Source: Acidimicrobiales bacterium
GTDB taxonomy: Bacteria; Actinomycetota; Acidimicrobiia; Acidimicrobiales; Salinilacustritrichaceae
Assembly: GCA_041984725.1 (NCBI GenBank)
Contig: JBHIXO010000002.1
Location: 4,880-68,879 of the forward strand
Length of the DNA: 64,000 nt
Reading direction: 5' to 3'
Under the pieces are notes generated by a model. The model worked only from the letters and a program-made list of their open reading frames with translations. It was not told the DNA's origin and did no database searches. Shown one piece after another: positions 49,103-58,791 of this stretch (position 1 is its first letter; each line of letters starts with the position of its first letter). The translations under genes and the position numbers were made by a program.

Positions 49103-49687
49103 GTGCGCGAGGTTCCGGCGGAGATGGCAGAGCGGCTTCTGTCCGTGGCCAACGTCCTCGGATCCTCGTTCGAGTCCACGCGAATCGACGAGATCGTCGA
49201 CGTCAGCGGGATCCCGCGTGCGACGCTCTACTACTACTTCGACGGGAAGGGTCAGGTGCTGGCCTTCGTGCTGCGAGAATCGTTGAACCGGCTCGTCGAA
49301 CAGGCAGGCAAGGTGGCGGCGGGTACCGGCGATGCGGCGAGCCGGCTCGTCGAACTGGTGCGCACGCAGTTGCGCTACATGTTCGAGAATCCTGGGACGA
49401 GCCAACTCCTGTTCCTGAGCCTCGGGAGCGCCGGTGCGATGCCAGAGGTCGCTTCCCGGATCGATGCTGGGTTTCACGAGCCGGTACGGCGACTCCTGCG
49501 CGACGGTGCAGCAGACGGTTCGATTCGCGTCCAAGAGGACGACGACCTCGTATCGAGCGCGCTGTTCGGTGCCCTCACCTCCGTCGGGTTGCGCTGTCTC
49601 GTCTCCGAGGACGATCCCGACGCGGATGTCGTCGTCGAAGCGCTCCTGCCGATGTTCTGGAACGGGCTGCATCCGGATCGCGGTTGA
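49103..49687 (+). CDS. TetR/AcrR family regulator (paralog of 3502-4089)
   Basis: VREVPAEMA, GIPRATLYYYF, PMFWNG; CACAAT 6 nt before the GTG. Confidence 0.9.
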   Translation: MREVPAEMAERLLSVANVLGSSFESTRIDEIVDVSGIPRATLYYYFDGKGQVLAFVLRESLNRLVEQAGKVAAGTGDAASRLVELVRTQLRYMFENPGTSQLLFLSLGSAGAMPEVASRIDAGFHEPVRRLLRDGAADGSIRVQEDDDLVSSALFGALTSVGLRCLVSEDDPDADVVVEALLPMFWNGLHPDRG

Positions 49688-49832
49688 TGGTCGTGGCCAG
49701 TGGACCACGACTCGATGGCAAGGCAGGCGTCGCCGGGTCCGATCGGTGACCCATTCGTCGTTCTGGTCCTGGTCGGCCGAGCCTCCGGACCGCTGGCCCA
49801 CCGACCACTCGGGCTGCGGTCGCGGTGAGTTG

Positions 49833-49860
49833 TTGGACGAAGAATCTAAGATGTAGATTC
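49833..49860. promoter_or_regulatory. Operator/promoter of the second ABC operon
   Basis: TTGGA-N7-TCTAA (49833-49849) overlaps a perfect inverted repeat GAATCTA-N5-TAGATTC (49842-49860). Confidence 0.55.
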
Positions 49861-49910
49861 AGACGAGCCTCCCAGTGAACGCTGGGTCATCGGCAGGCAA
49901 CGGGGGTCAG

Positions 49911-51296
49911 ATGCGACGGACAATCTGTGGAGCCGTGGGGGTTGTGCTCGCATTGGTGATCTCGATAGCCACTGCGGGACCGGTGCTGCCGGAGGTGTCG
50001 TCCGGCGCCGGGCAGGACGGCACCGGGTCGGGCCGGACCCAAGCGGCGCTTCTCCGCGTCGGGCCGTCTCGAGGATCGTTGAGCCTCGCACCGCAGGTTG
50101 GCCTGGTCCTGACCGACTACTTGAACACACGAGGCCGTGGCGATGTCCGGGCCGTGGACTTCGCGGCGCTCGCAGACTCGATTCCCGATGAGGCCATGGA
50201 CGCTGCGCCCACCGTCAAGGTCGAGTCGACGGACGAGAACGCGGAAGCGGGCCGGACCAGTACCGTGGGGACGCCGTCGGTCGCACCGGTGTCCGTAGCA
50301 GGAGCCGAGCTCCATGCCGCGGCGGGTCCATCTCCGTACGGCGAGGGCCGCTTCATCACGGGCGAGACTGACATCGGCGTCGGGGTGATACGGGGCAGTG
50401 AGGTGAGTGGCTTCAGTGGCTTCGTGGACCGTGGGGTTCGTGAGGCCCGGGCCAGGGTCTACATCGGCAGAATCGAACTCGCCGGCGGGGCCGTCGTGCT
50501 CGAAGGCCTCGAGTGGAACGTGGTCAACCGGTCGGGTGCGACGACGGACGAATCAGCGACGTTCACGCTCGGCGGTGCCACGATCCTCGGGCAGAGTTTC
50601 GCGCCCGATGCGGGCGCGGAAGCTCCACTGAGGGACCTCGTCGCTGCGCTGGCGCCTGTGCTGGGACCCGTGGGGCTCGATCTCACGTTCCCCGAGGCGC
50701 GTATCGAGCGAGGAGTGGTCGAGCTGAGCCCGCTGAGAATCCGGGTCGCGAACAGCGATGCCGGGACGGTGCTCGCCCCCGTGCTCGAAGGGATCCAGCC
50801 GATCCGCGATCCGCTGTTCGGTGCGATCCGGGAGGGCAGTGAGGACACGGACGCCGCCATCCTCCTGACCGATGTCGCTCTCGGCGTGCTCGCTGGAGGC
50901 TCGTCGCTCGACATCGAGCTCGGCGGGGCGTCGGCATCGACGGCGCCGCCTGCTGAGCGGTTCGACTTCGGCGCGAGCGCGGTCTCCCCAGCACCACCGC
51001 TCTCGCAGGCTCAGCCGATGCCCGCGGTCGCGCCGCCGGCGGCGGTCGTGCCCCCGACCCCGATGCCCACGGTCCCCACAGCGAGCGACCCGATCATCAC
51101 CATCTCCGGCACGCCTGAGTCGGGGGAGCGAGAGGCGTCCGAGATCGCCGCCGCTCAACCCGTGTCGACGACCGACGCGAGTCGGGGCGGACCCTTGCTC
51201 GCCGTCGCCGCGGTCGGGCTCCTGATGATGGGAGCAACGGCGGGACGGGACTACCTGCGTGTCCGGAACGGACTCCGGTACGTCAAGACCAGCTGA
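49911..51296 (+). CDS. Secreted protein with Pro-rich stalk and C-terminal membrane anchor, unknown function
   Basis: Signal peptide MRRTICGAV..., PAVAPPAAVVPPTP stalk, C-terminal TM plus basic tail. Confidence 0.7.
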   Translation: MRRTICGAVGVVLALVISIATAGPVLPEVSSGAGQDGTGSGRTQAALLRVGPSRGSLSLAPQVGLVLTDYLNTRGRGDVRAVDFAALADSIPDEAMDAAPTVKVESTDENAEAGRTSTVGTPSVAPVSVAGAELHAAAGPSPYGEGRFITGETDIGVGVIRGSEVSGFSGFVDRGVREARARVYIGRIELAGGAVVLEGLEWNVVNRSGATTDESATFTLGGATILGQSFAPDAGAEAPLRDLVAALAPVLGPVGLDLTFPEARIERGVVELSPLRIRVANSDAGTVLAPVLEGIQPIRDPLFGAIREGSEDTDAAILLTDVALGVLAGGSSLDIELGGASASTAPPAERFDFGASAVSPAPPLSQAQPMPAVAPPAAVVPPTPMPTVPTASDPIITISGTPESGEREASEIAAAQPVSTTDASRGGPLLAVAAVGLLMMGATAGRDYLRVRNGLRYVKTS

Positions 51297-51344
51297 CGTC
51301 TCCGTACCCGAGACTCACAGCGCTCTCTTCACGAGGTCACCGTC

Positions 51345-53066
51345 ATGAACCGATCCGATCCCCAACTCCCGTCGCCTGCCGGCAGGGTCATGCGTGGCTA
51401 CGCGCCGGTGGCGACTCTGGCCGTGATGTTCGTCCTCATGGCGGTGCTCATCCCCTCCACGTACCGTGACGACGCCGAGCTCACGGCCGGAGGCGATTCG
51501 TCGTCCGACTTCGGCTCCGCGCCGAACGAGTCCTCGGGCGGCGGGGCCGGTGGCGGAGCTGCCGGCTCCGCAGACGACGGTGGCGACGCGTCCCGCGGTG
51601 ATGACGGCGGCGCCGCGCCCAGTGGTTCGGCTGTCGTGGTCGGAGGCGACGGGGGCGCGACCGCCTCGGCGGACGGAGGCAGTGGCCCGGGTGCCCAGGG
51701 AGGATGCCCCGACCGCGACCTGCAGATCCCCGGCGACCCGTACTCGCCGCCGTGCATCGAGTTCTCCGGCGACAACGGTGGCGCCACATCCAAGGGAGTC
51801 ACGGCGGACGAGATCATCGTGTCGGCTCGGATCCTCGACGAGCCAGGCTTCCAGCAGACCCTCGCCACGCTCGCGGGCGCCGACATCGTCGATGGACCCG
51901 AGGACGTGCGCCGTACGATCGGCGCGCTGGCGCAGTACTTCAACGAACGCATGCAGTTCTACGGCCGCCAGATGCGGGTCGAGTTCTACCCGGGGCGGGG
52001 ATCCGGCGTCGCGGAACTCCAGGGCGCCGGCCAGGCCGAGGCCGAGGCCGACGCGGTCACCGTGGCCGACGAGATCGGCGCGTTCGCCGAACTGAACGGC
52101 GGCTCCGCACCCTTCGCCGACGCACTCGCCCGCAAACAGGTCATCGCGTTCGGCACGCCGTACCTGTCCCGCAACTGGCACATCGACCGTGCCCCCTACA
52201 ACTGGAGTGTCGCGACCGACTGCTCCATCATCGTCGAGAGCGTCGCCGAGTTCGCCAACCAGACGCTCGCCAACAAGCCCGCGGTATTCGCGGGAGGAGA
52301 TCTGAAGGACAAGCCGCGGAAGTTCGCCGCCTTCTCGCCGGAGAACCCGTGGTATGTGGACTGCGTCGACCAAGCGATCGCCATCGCGGAAGCGGCCGGC
52401 AACGAGGTCGACGAACGGATCACGTATCGCCTCGACATCGACTCCATGTCGAATCAGGCGTCGAGCATCATCGCCAAGCTGAAGAGCGAGGGGATCACCA
52501 CCATCCTCTGTGGCTGCGACCCGATCATGCCGGTGTTCCTGACGACCAAGGCGGCGGAGCAGAACTACCGGCCGGAATGGGTCGTCGCCGGTACCGCGCT
52601 CAGCGACATCGACATCGTGGGCCAGCTCTACGATCAGGACCAGTGGTCCCGCGCCTTCGGCGTCAGTTACCTCGCCCCGTTCCGGCCGATCGAATCCGGG
52701 ATCGGGTACAGCGCGTACAAGTCGGTGCGCGACGACGAGCCGGCGTTCGCCGTCGAGACGATCTACGCGCAGATGTACATGTTGGCGCTCGGGATCCACA
52801 TGGCCGGCCCCAACCTCACACCGGCGTCGTACGAGCAAGGGATGTTCGCGTATCCCGGAGGGTCGGGTCCGTACGGAACCTGGGGGTTCGACGAGGACAG
52901 CTACACGCCGACGCAGGACTACCGAGTCATCTGGTGGGACCCCGACGCAGTCTCGCCACAGAACAACAAGCGGGGCGGCTACATCGAGAGCTACGACGGT
53001 CGGCGATTCAAGCCCGGCGCCGGTGAGCTGCCGGCGTCCGACCAACCGCCGGTCTTCGGTCGATGA
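51345..53066 (+). CDS. ABC substrate-binding protein (type 1 PBP-like), N-terminally anchored
   Basis: DNGGATSKGVTADEI, YFNERMQFYGR, LHxAGPNLTP; precedes the permease. Confidence 0.75.
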   Translation: MNRSDPQLPSPAGRVMRGYAPVATLAVMFVLMAVLIPSTYRDDAELTAGGDSSSDFGSAPNESSGGGAGGGAAGSADDGGDASRGDDGGAAPSGSAVVVGGDGGATASADGGSGPGAQGGCPDRDLQIPGDPYSPPCIEFSGDNGGATSKGVTADEIIVSARILDEPGFQQTLATLAGADIVDGPEDVRRTIGALAQYFNERMQFYGRQMRVEFYPGRGSGVAELQGAGQAEAEADAVTVADEIGAFAELNGGSAPFADALARKQVIAFGTPYLSRNWHIDRAPYNWSVATDCSIIVESVAEFANQTLANKPAVFAGGDLKDKPRKFAAFSPENPWYVDCVDQAIAIAEAAGNEVDERITYRLDIDSMSNQASSIIAKLKSEGITTILCGCDPIMPVFLTTKAAEQNYRPEWVVAGTALSDIDIVGQLYDQDQWSRAFGVSYLAPFRPIESGIGYSAYKSVRDDEPAFAVETIYAQMYMLALGIHMAGPNLTPASYEQGMFAYPGGSGPYGTWGFDEDSYTPTQDYRVIWWDPDAVSPQNNKRGGYIESYDGRRFKPGAGELPASDQPPVFGR

Positions 53067-55201
53067 CCGCAGTGGAGACCATGCGAGGCCGACTGGCGAG
53101 CGATGCACGCCTGCGGGCGGTGGCCATCGGTGTCGCGGTGATCGTCGGCTATCCGGTCGTCGCCGCCTTGCTCCCCGACGGCGCCCCGCTGGGCATCGTG
53201 GTACAGGGCGCCGTGTTCGGGACGGTCACGTCGCTCCTGGCCATGGGACTCATCCTGCTCTACCGGACGGACAGCATCATCAACTTCTCCTACGGAGCGA
53301 TGGGGTTGGTCGGTGGGAACCTCGGCGTAAACCTCTACCTCGAGGCTGACGTCAACTACTTCCTCGCAATGAGCATCGGTGTGCTCACCGGCCTCGCCGT
53401 CGGTGGACTGGTCGAGGTCCTCGTGATCCGGCGGTTCAAGGATGCTTCCCGTCTCGTCGTCACGGTCGCGACGATCGGCCTCGCTCAGCTGTTGGGCTAC
53501 ATCGGCGCGATCTGGATTCCACAGCGCTTTGGCGGTGTCGGGCTCGTCGGTGGGTTCGAGACGCCGTTCGACTTCGGATTCGACATCGATCCGGTGCGCT
53601 TCACCGCGGGCCACATCTTCATCATGGTGGCGGTCCCTCCGATCATCGCTGGTCTGTCCTGGTTCCTGTTGCGCACGGATGCTGGCGTCGCGGTGCGAGC
53701 GGCGGCGCAGAACAAGGAGCGAGCACTGCTCCTCGGCATCCCGATCGAACGGCTCCGGACGATCGTGTGGATCGTCGCCGGAGGTCTCGCCGCGCTCACC
53801 ATCGTCCTGCAGGCACCGTTCGCCGGCACCGCGTCCAACCCGCTCACCGCACCCATCACCGTGCTCCTGCCGGCGCTCGCGGCGGCCGTGATCGCCCGGA
53901 TGGAGTCGCTGCCGGTCGCCTTCGCCGCCGGAATCGCGCTCGGGGTTCTCGACCAAGTCGTCTTCTGGAACGTCGACAAGGCCTCGGCCGGCGACGTGGT
54001 CTTCCTCGTGGTCATCCTCGTCGCGCTGCTGGCGCAATCCGGGCGGCTGTCCCGAGCGCACGATGCGGCGTTCAACATCGATCTGTCCGGCGTCGTGCGA
54101 GCGGTGCCGACACCGCTCGAGCGACTTCCCGAGGTGCGCTACGGACGCTGGGGGCTGGTGGCCGTGGCCGTGCTGTTGGCCGTCTTCGTGCCCCGTGGCT
54201 GGTCGCCCTCGTCGCTGAGCCTCGCAGCGACGGCCACGGTATGGGCCCTCGTGGCCGTCTCGCTCGTCGTCCTCTCGGGATGGAACGGCACCATCAGCCT
54301 CGGGCAGTTCGGCATCGTCGGCGTGGGCGCCATCGCGGCGGGCAACGTCATCCAGCGGTGGAACCTCGACATCTTCGTCACGTTCCTCATCGCGGGCATT
54401 GCCGGCGCCGTCGCGGCGGTGATCATCGGTCTCCCGGCGCTACGAATCCGCGGGCTGTTCCTCGCCGTGACCACGTTGGCATTCGCCGTCGCGCTCGACA
54501 GCTTCTTCCTGAACCCGGTGAACTTCCCGGACTTCGTGCCCGACGACGTGAACCCGCCCATCCTCTGGGACCGGTTCGACGCGTCGGAACAGCTCGTCTT
54601 GTATCACCTGGGGCTCGGGGTGCTGACCGTGGGGATCCTGCTCACCCTGGCACTCAAGCGAACGCGCTGGGGCCGGATCCTCCAAGCGGTGAAGGAGAAC
54701 GAGAAGACGGCGCAAGCCCAGGCGGTCCCGACCACCATGGTGAAGCTCGCCGCATTCTGCTACTCCGGGTTCCTGGCAGGAATGGCAGGCGGTGTGTACG
54801 TGCTCGTCATCCGTGGCGCTCGCGTCAGCTCGTTCACGCCGAGCATGAGTCTCGAGGTGTTCGCGATGACGGTCATCGGTGGGCTCGGCTCGATCCTCGG
54901 GGCCCTCTTCGGCGTGCTCGCATTCCGGTACCTCGAAACCGTCCTCTCGGGGGAGCTTCGCCTCGCGGTCTCGGGCGTCGGCCTGCTCGTGGTGCTGTAC
55001 GTGCTGCCCGGCGGACTGAGCCAGCTCGTGTACCAGGTGCGGGATCGGGGGTTGCGCGCGGTCGCACGTCGGCGGGGCGTCCACGCACCGAGTCTCATCG
55101 AGGACAGCCTGCAGACCGCGGCGACCGACCAACCGGTTCCGCCCGATCCCGAGCTTGCAGAGGGCTCGGGTCCACAGCATGCGATGGAGAGCGCCAGATG
55201 A
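53063..55201 (+). CDS. Fused LivH-LivM type ABC permease
   Basis: GVAVRAAAQN.ERALLLGI, ISLGQ, PALRIRGLFLAVTTL. Confidence 0.9.
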   Translation: MTAVETMRGRLASDARLRAVAIGVAVIVGYPVVAALLPDGAPLGIVVQGAVFGTVTSLLAMGLILLYRTDSIINFSYGAMGLVGGNLGVNLYLEADVNYFLAMSIGVLTGLAVGGLVEVLVIRRFKDASRLVVTVATIGLAQLLGYIGAIWIPQRFGGVGLVGGFETPFDFGFDIDPVRFTAGHIFIMVAVPPIIAGLSWFLLRTDAGVAVRAAAQNKERALLLGIPIERLRTIVWIVAGGLAALTIVLQAPFAGTASNPLTAPITVLLPALAAAVIARMESLPVAFAAGIALGVLDQVVFWNVDKASAGDVVFLVVILVALLAQSGRLSRAHDAAFNIDLSGVVRAVPTPLERLPEVRYGRWGLVAVAVLLAVFVPRGWSPSSLSLAATATVWALVAVSLVVLSGWNGTISLGQFGIVGVGAIAAGNVIQRWNLDIFVTFLIAGIAGAVAAVIIGLPALRIRGLFLAVTTLAFAVALDSFFLNPVNFPDFVPDDVNPPILWDRFDASEQLVLYHLGLGVLTVGILLTLALKRTRWGRILQAVKENEKTAQAQAVPTTMVKLAAFCYSGFLAGMAGGVYVLVIRGARVSSFTPSMSLEVFAMTVIGGLGSILGALFGVLAFRYLETVLSGELRLAVSGVGLLVVLYVLPGGLSQLVYQVRDRGLRAVARRRGVHAPSLIEDSLQTAATDQPVPPDPELAEGSGPQHAMESAR

Positions 55202-56955
55202 CGAGCACCGAAGACCCGACGCTGACCACGGCAGACGGCGAACCGCTCCTCGTCTGCAGGTCCGTCGACGTCGCCTACGGGCCCGTCCAAGTGCTGTTCG
55301 GTGTCGACCTCGATGTCCAGCGGGGGGAGATCGTCGCGCTGCTCGGCACGAACGGTGCGGGCAAGTCCACGCTGCTCAAGGCGATCTCCGGACTCGTCCG
55401 ACCCAAGGGTGGAGAGGTGACCTTCGCCGGGCAGACCATCACCGGGCGGCCCGCGAACAAGACCGCCGAGCTCGGTCTGGTCCAGATGCCGGGTGGCAAG
55501 GGTGTGTTCCCCCAGCTCTCGGTGCGGGAGAACCTCCGTCTGGCGTGCTGGCTGTTCCGGGACGACGCCGAGCGGACCGAGGCGAAGGTGGCGGAGGTGC
55601 TCGACCTCTTCCCGCGGCTGGCCGAGCGATACAAGCAGACTGCGGGCGACATGTCCGGGGGCGAGCAGCAGATGCTCACGCTCGGGATGGCGCTCGTCAA
55701 TGATCCTGTCCTCTTGATGATCGACGAGCTCAGCCTGGGGCTCGCGCCGGCCATCGTCGGCCAGCTCATCGATGTCGTGCACGAGGTGAACGGGCAGGGA
55801 GTCACCGTCATCGTGGTCGAGCAGTCGATCAACGTGGCGCTCAACCTGGCGAGGCGGGCCGTCTTCATGGAGAAGGGTGAGTTCCGCTTCACGGGGCCGA
55901 CGAGTGACCTCCTTGCCCGTCCGGACATCCTCCGCTCCGTATTCATCGCCGGCGCCTCGGCCCCCGACGAGAAGCCCGAGCCCAGCGCCAGTGTGCCCGC
56001 AACCCTTGTTCGCCAGGCGCCAGGACCGGATGCCCCGGTCGTGCTCGAGTGCGACGAGGTCGTCAAGCGCTTCGGTGGGATCACCGCGGTGAACCACGCG
56101 AAGATCGAGCTCCGGGAGGGCGAGATCCTCGGTCTCATCGGACAGAACGGTGCGGGGAAGACGACACTCTTCGACTGCGTCTCGGGATATCACCGGATCG
56201 ACTCCGGCCGGATCCGTCTCGACGGTCTCGACATCACCGAGTGGCCGCCCCACGAGCGTGCCCGCGCCCGTCTCGGTCGCTCCTTCCAGGAGGCCATGCT
56301 CTACCCGTCGCTGACCGTGGCCGAGACGATCGCCACCGCTCTGGAGCGCCACGTCGACAACCGAGACATGATCGCTGCTGTGCTCGGTGCACCGGCCTCG
56401 TACGAGTCGGAGCTCAAGGCCTGGCGACGCGTCAACGACCTCGTCGAGCTGATGGGCCTCGGGGCGTTCCGGGACAAGCTCGTCGGTGAGTTGTCCACCG
56501 GGTCTCGCCGCATCGTCGAACTCGCGTGCATCCTCGCGCAGGAACCGTCGGTCCTCCTCCTGGACGAGCCGTCTGGCGGCGTCGCCCAGAAGGAGACGGA
56601 AGCACTCGGCCCCCTGCTGTGCCAAGTGCAGGAATCCACAGGGTGTTCGATCATGGTGATCGAACACGACATGCCGCTGCTCACCTCGATCTGCGACCGC
56701 ATGTACTGCCTCGAGCTCGGCGGTGTCATCGCCGAGGGGACGCCTGCCGCCGTCCTGGACCACCCGCGGGTCATCGAGTCATACCTGGGCGAGAGTGACG
56801 CCGCGATCAACCGATCCGGATCGGCCGGGCCTGATGTCACCACGTGGCCTGAGAACGGCGCCTCGGTGCCGCCCCGCCGTCGTCGCCGACCGTTGACCGC
56901 AGATGCCGTCGAGCGACCGTCGTCACCCGCCGACACGACGTCACGCGGAGCGTGA
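55198..56955 (+). CDS. Fused tandem ABC ATPase (LivF-LivG order)
   Basis: Two Walker A motifs (GTNGAGKS, GQNGAGKT) and two Walker B motifs. Confidence 0.92.
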   Translation: MTSTEDPTLTTADGEPLLVCRSVDVAYGPVQVLFGVDLDVQRGEIVALLGTNGAGKSTLLKAISGLVRPKGGEVTFAGQTITGRPANKTAELGLVQMPGGKGVFPQLSVRENLRLACWLFRDDAERTEAKVAEVLDLFPRLAERYKQTAGDMSGGEQQMLTLGMALVNDPVLLMIDELSLGLAPAIVGQLIDVVHEVNGQGVTVIVVEQSINVALNLARRAVFMEKGEFRFTGPTSDLLARPDILRSVFIAGASAPDEKPEPSASVPATLVRQAPGPDAPVVLECDEVVKRFGGITAVNHAKIELREGEILGLIGQNGAGKTTLFDCVSGYHRIDSGRIRLDGLDITEWPPHERARARLGRSFQEAMLYPSLTVAETIATALERHVDNRDMIAAVLGAPASYESELKAWRRVNDLVELMGLGAFRDKLVGELSTGSRRIVELACILAQEPSVLLLDEPSGGVAQKETEALGPLLCQVQESTGCSIMVIEHDMPLLTSICDRMYCLELGGVIAEGTPAAVLDHPRVIESYLGESDAAINRSGSAGPDVTTWPENGASVPPRRRRRPLTADAVERPSSPADTTSRGA

Positions 56956-56971
56956 CACTGCGGATCGTGTA

Positions 56972-56997
56972 TGGAACAATCGACGGTACGTGTTCTA
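56972..56997. promoter_or_regulatory. N14 operator site 12
   Basis: TGGAAC-N14-GTTCTA. Confidence 0.55.
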
Positions 56998-57022
56998 TGT
57001 ATGGGCGATTGGAGACGCAGGC

Positions 57023-58429
57023 ATGAACGACGTGACCATGACGATCGACGGTGTCGCCGTAGCGACCGAGGCGACGTTCGACGTGATCGATCCGGCCACC
57101 GGAACAGCGCACGCCACCGCGCCGGACTGCACGGAGGCACAACTCGACGCTGCGATGGACGCCGCAGCCAAGGCGTTCGGCGAGTGGCGGCAGGACGAGT
57201 CCCGGCGTCGGGATCGGCTGCGGGCAGCGGCGGACGCACTCATGGCCGCAGCCGACGACATCGCGCCAATCCTCACCGCCGAACAGGGCAAGCCGCTCGG
57301 CGAGTCGTCGATGGAGGTCTTCGGCACGGCGGTCTGGATGCAGTACTACGCCGATCTCGAGATCCCACGTGAGACGATCCAGGACGACGATGCGGCGCAC
57401 GTCGAGGTGATCCAGCGGCCGCTCGGCGTCGTCGCCGCGATCACGCCATGGAATTTCCCCCTCGTCCTGGCCGCGTGGAAGATCGCGCCCGCGTTGCTCG
57501 CCGGCAACACCATGGTGCTCAAACCGTCGCCGTACACGCCGCGATCCACGTTGAAGCTGGGCGAAGTCCTCCGCGACGTCTTGCCTCCCGGGGTGCTCAA
57601 CGTCGTGAGCGGTCTGGACCCCCTCGGGGCATCGATGACCAGCCACGCTGTACCCCGCAAGATCAGCTTCACCGGTTCGGTCGCCACCGGGAAGAAGGTC
57701 GCCGCCGCTGCTGCGAGCGACCTCAAGCGAACGACCCTCGAACTCGGCGGCAACGATCCCGCCATCGTCCTCGACGACGTCGACGTCGACTCGATCGTCG
57801 AGAAGCTGTTCTGGGGAGCGTTCCAGAACAACGGTCAGGTGTGCTCGGCCATCAAGCGTGTCTACGTGCCCGACACGTTGCACGACGAGATCGTGGACGG
57901 GTTGGCCGACCGGGCGCGATCGGTCAAGGTCGCCCCCGGTACCGAACCCGACGCGCAACTCGGACCGATCAACAACCGGCCGCAGTTCGACCGTGTCTAC
58001 GACCTCGTCCAGGACGCGATCGCCGGGGGCGCCGCGGTAGCGGCCGGCGGCGGCCCCAGGGATGGTGACGGCTACTTCTTCGAACCCACGATCCTGTCCA
58101 ATCTGAGTGACGGTGTCCGAATCGTCGACGAGGAGCAGTTCGGCCCCGCGCTCCCCGTCATCAGCTACCGCGACCTGAGCGAGGTGGTCGAGCGCGCCAA
58201 TGCGACGCACTTCGGCCTGTCCGGCTCGGTGTGGGGCTCGGACCCCGAGCGGGCCAGCGGGATCGCAGAGCAGTTGGAGTGCGGGACGGCGTGGGTGAAC
58301 ACCCATCTCGCCCTTGCCCCGAACCAGCCCTTCGGCGGAGCGAAGTGGAGCGGTATCGGTGTCGAGAACGGCACCTGGGGGCTCCTCGGCTTCAGCGAGC
58401 CGCAGGTGATCCACCGAGCGAAGCTCTGA
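57023..58429 (+). CDS. Aldehyde dehydrogenase
   Basis: TPWNFP, FTGS, ELGGND, GQVC, EQFGP. Confidence 0.93.
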   Translation: MNDVTMTIDGVAVATEATFDVIDPATGTAHATAPDCTEAQLDAAMDAAAKAFGEWRQDESRRRDRLRAAADALMAAADDIAPILTAEQGKPLGESSMEVFGTAVWMQYYADLEIPRETIQDDDAAHVEVIQRPLGVVAAITPWNFPLVLAAWKIAPALLAGNTMVLKPSPYTPRSTLKLGEVLRDVLPPGVLNVVSGLDPLGASMTSHAVPRKISFTGSVATGKKVAAAAASDLKRTTLELGGNDPAIVLDDVDVDSIVEKLFWGAFQNNGQVCSAIKRVYVPDTLHDEIVDGLADRARSVKVAPGTEPDAQLGPINNRPQFDRVYDLVQDAIAGGAAVAAGGGPRDGDGYFFEPTILSNLSDGVRIVDEEQFGPALPVISYRDLSEVVERANATHFGLSGSVWGSDPERASGIAEQLECGTAWVNTHLALAPNQPFGGAKWSGIGVENGTWGLLGFSEPQVIHRAKL

Positions 58430-58451
58430 CGTGGGGACGGCCGCGAGCCTC

Positions 58452-58676
58452 GTGGTGGACCCGGCGTCCGGTCCGAGCGACTCGGATCTGGCCGAGACAT
58501 GGTTCCTGGAACATGCCGAACCCGCGATCGGTCACCTCGTCGACGAGGTCACCGCAGGTCTGGACACGGACGCGACGCGAGCCTCGGCGATCTTCGCGGC
58601 GGTCTGAGGTCGGATCTGGTACGACCCGACATCGCTCACGAACCCGAGGCCGACCGAGCCTCAGCGGTGCCGATAG
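58452..58676 (+). pseudogene. Transglutaminase-like family N-terminal remnant with internal stop
   Basis: LAETWFLEHAEPAI..VDEVTAG.DTD..RASAIFAAV*GRIWYDP; TGA at 58605-58607; not in the ORF track. Confidence 0.6.
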
Positions 58677-58708
58677 GCGGACGACGAATCGTGTTCCATG
58701 TACTGTTG

Positions 58709-58734
58709 TGAGACGATGCAGCACTAGTGTTTCA
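58709..58734. promoter_or_regulatory. N14 operator site 13
   Basis: TGAGAC-N14-GTTTCA just downstream of a TACTGT -10. Confidence 0.7.
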
Positions 58735-58791
58735 CCACGAAGCGCCCGTCGGGTGCCGATCGTTGTCGTCCACTCATGCGAGGCCAACGCC

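Noticed and set aside
53767-55197. N-terminal extension of the 1062-aa ABC ATPase ORF
   Set aside because: Off-frame overlap with the permease; the real start is the ATGA junction at 55198
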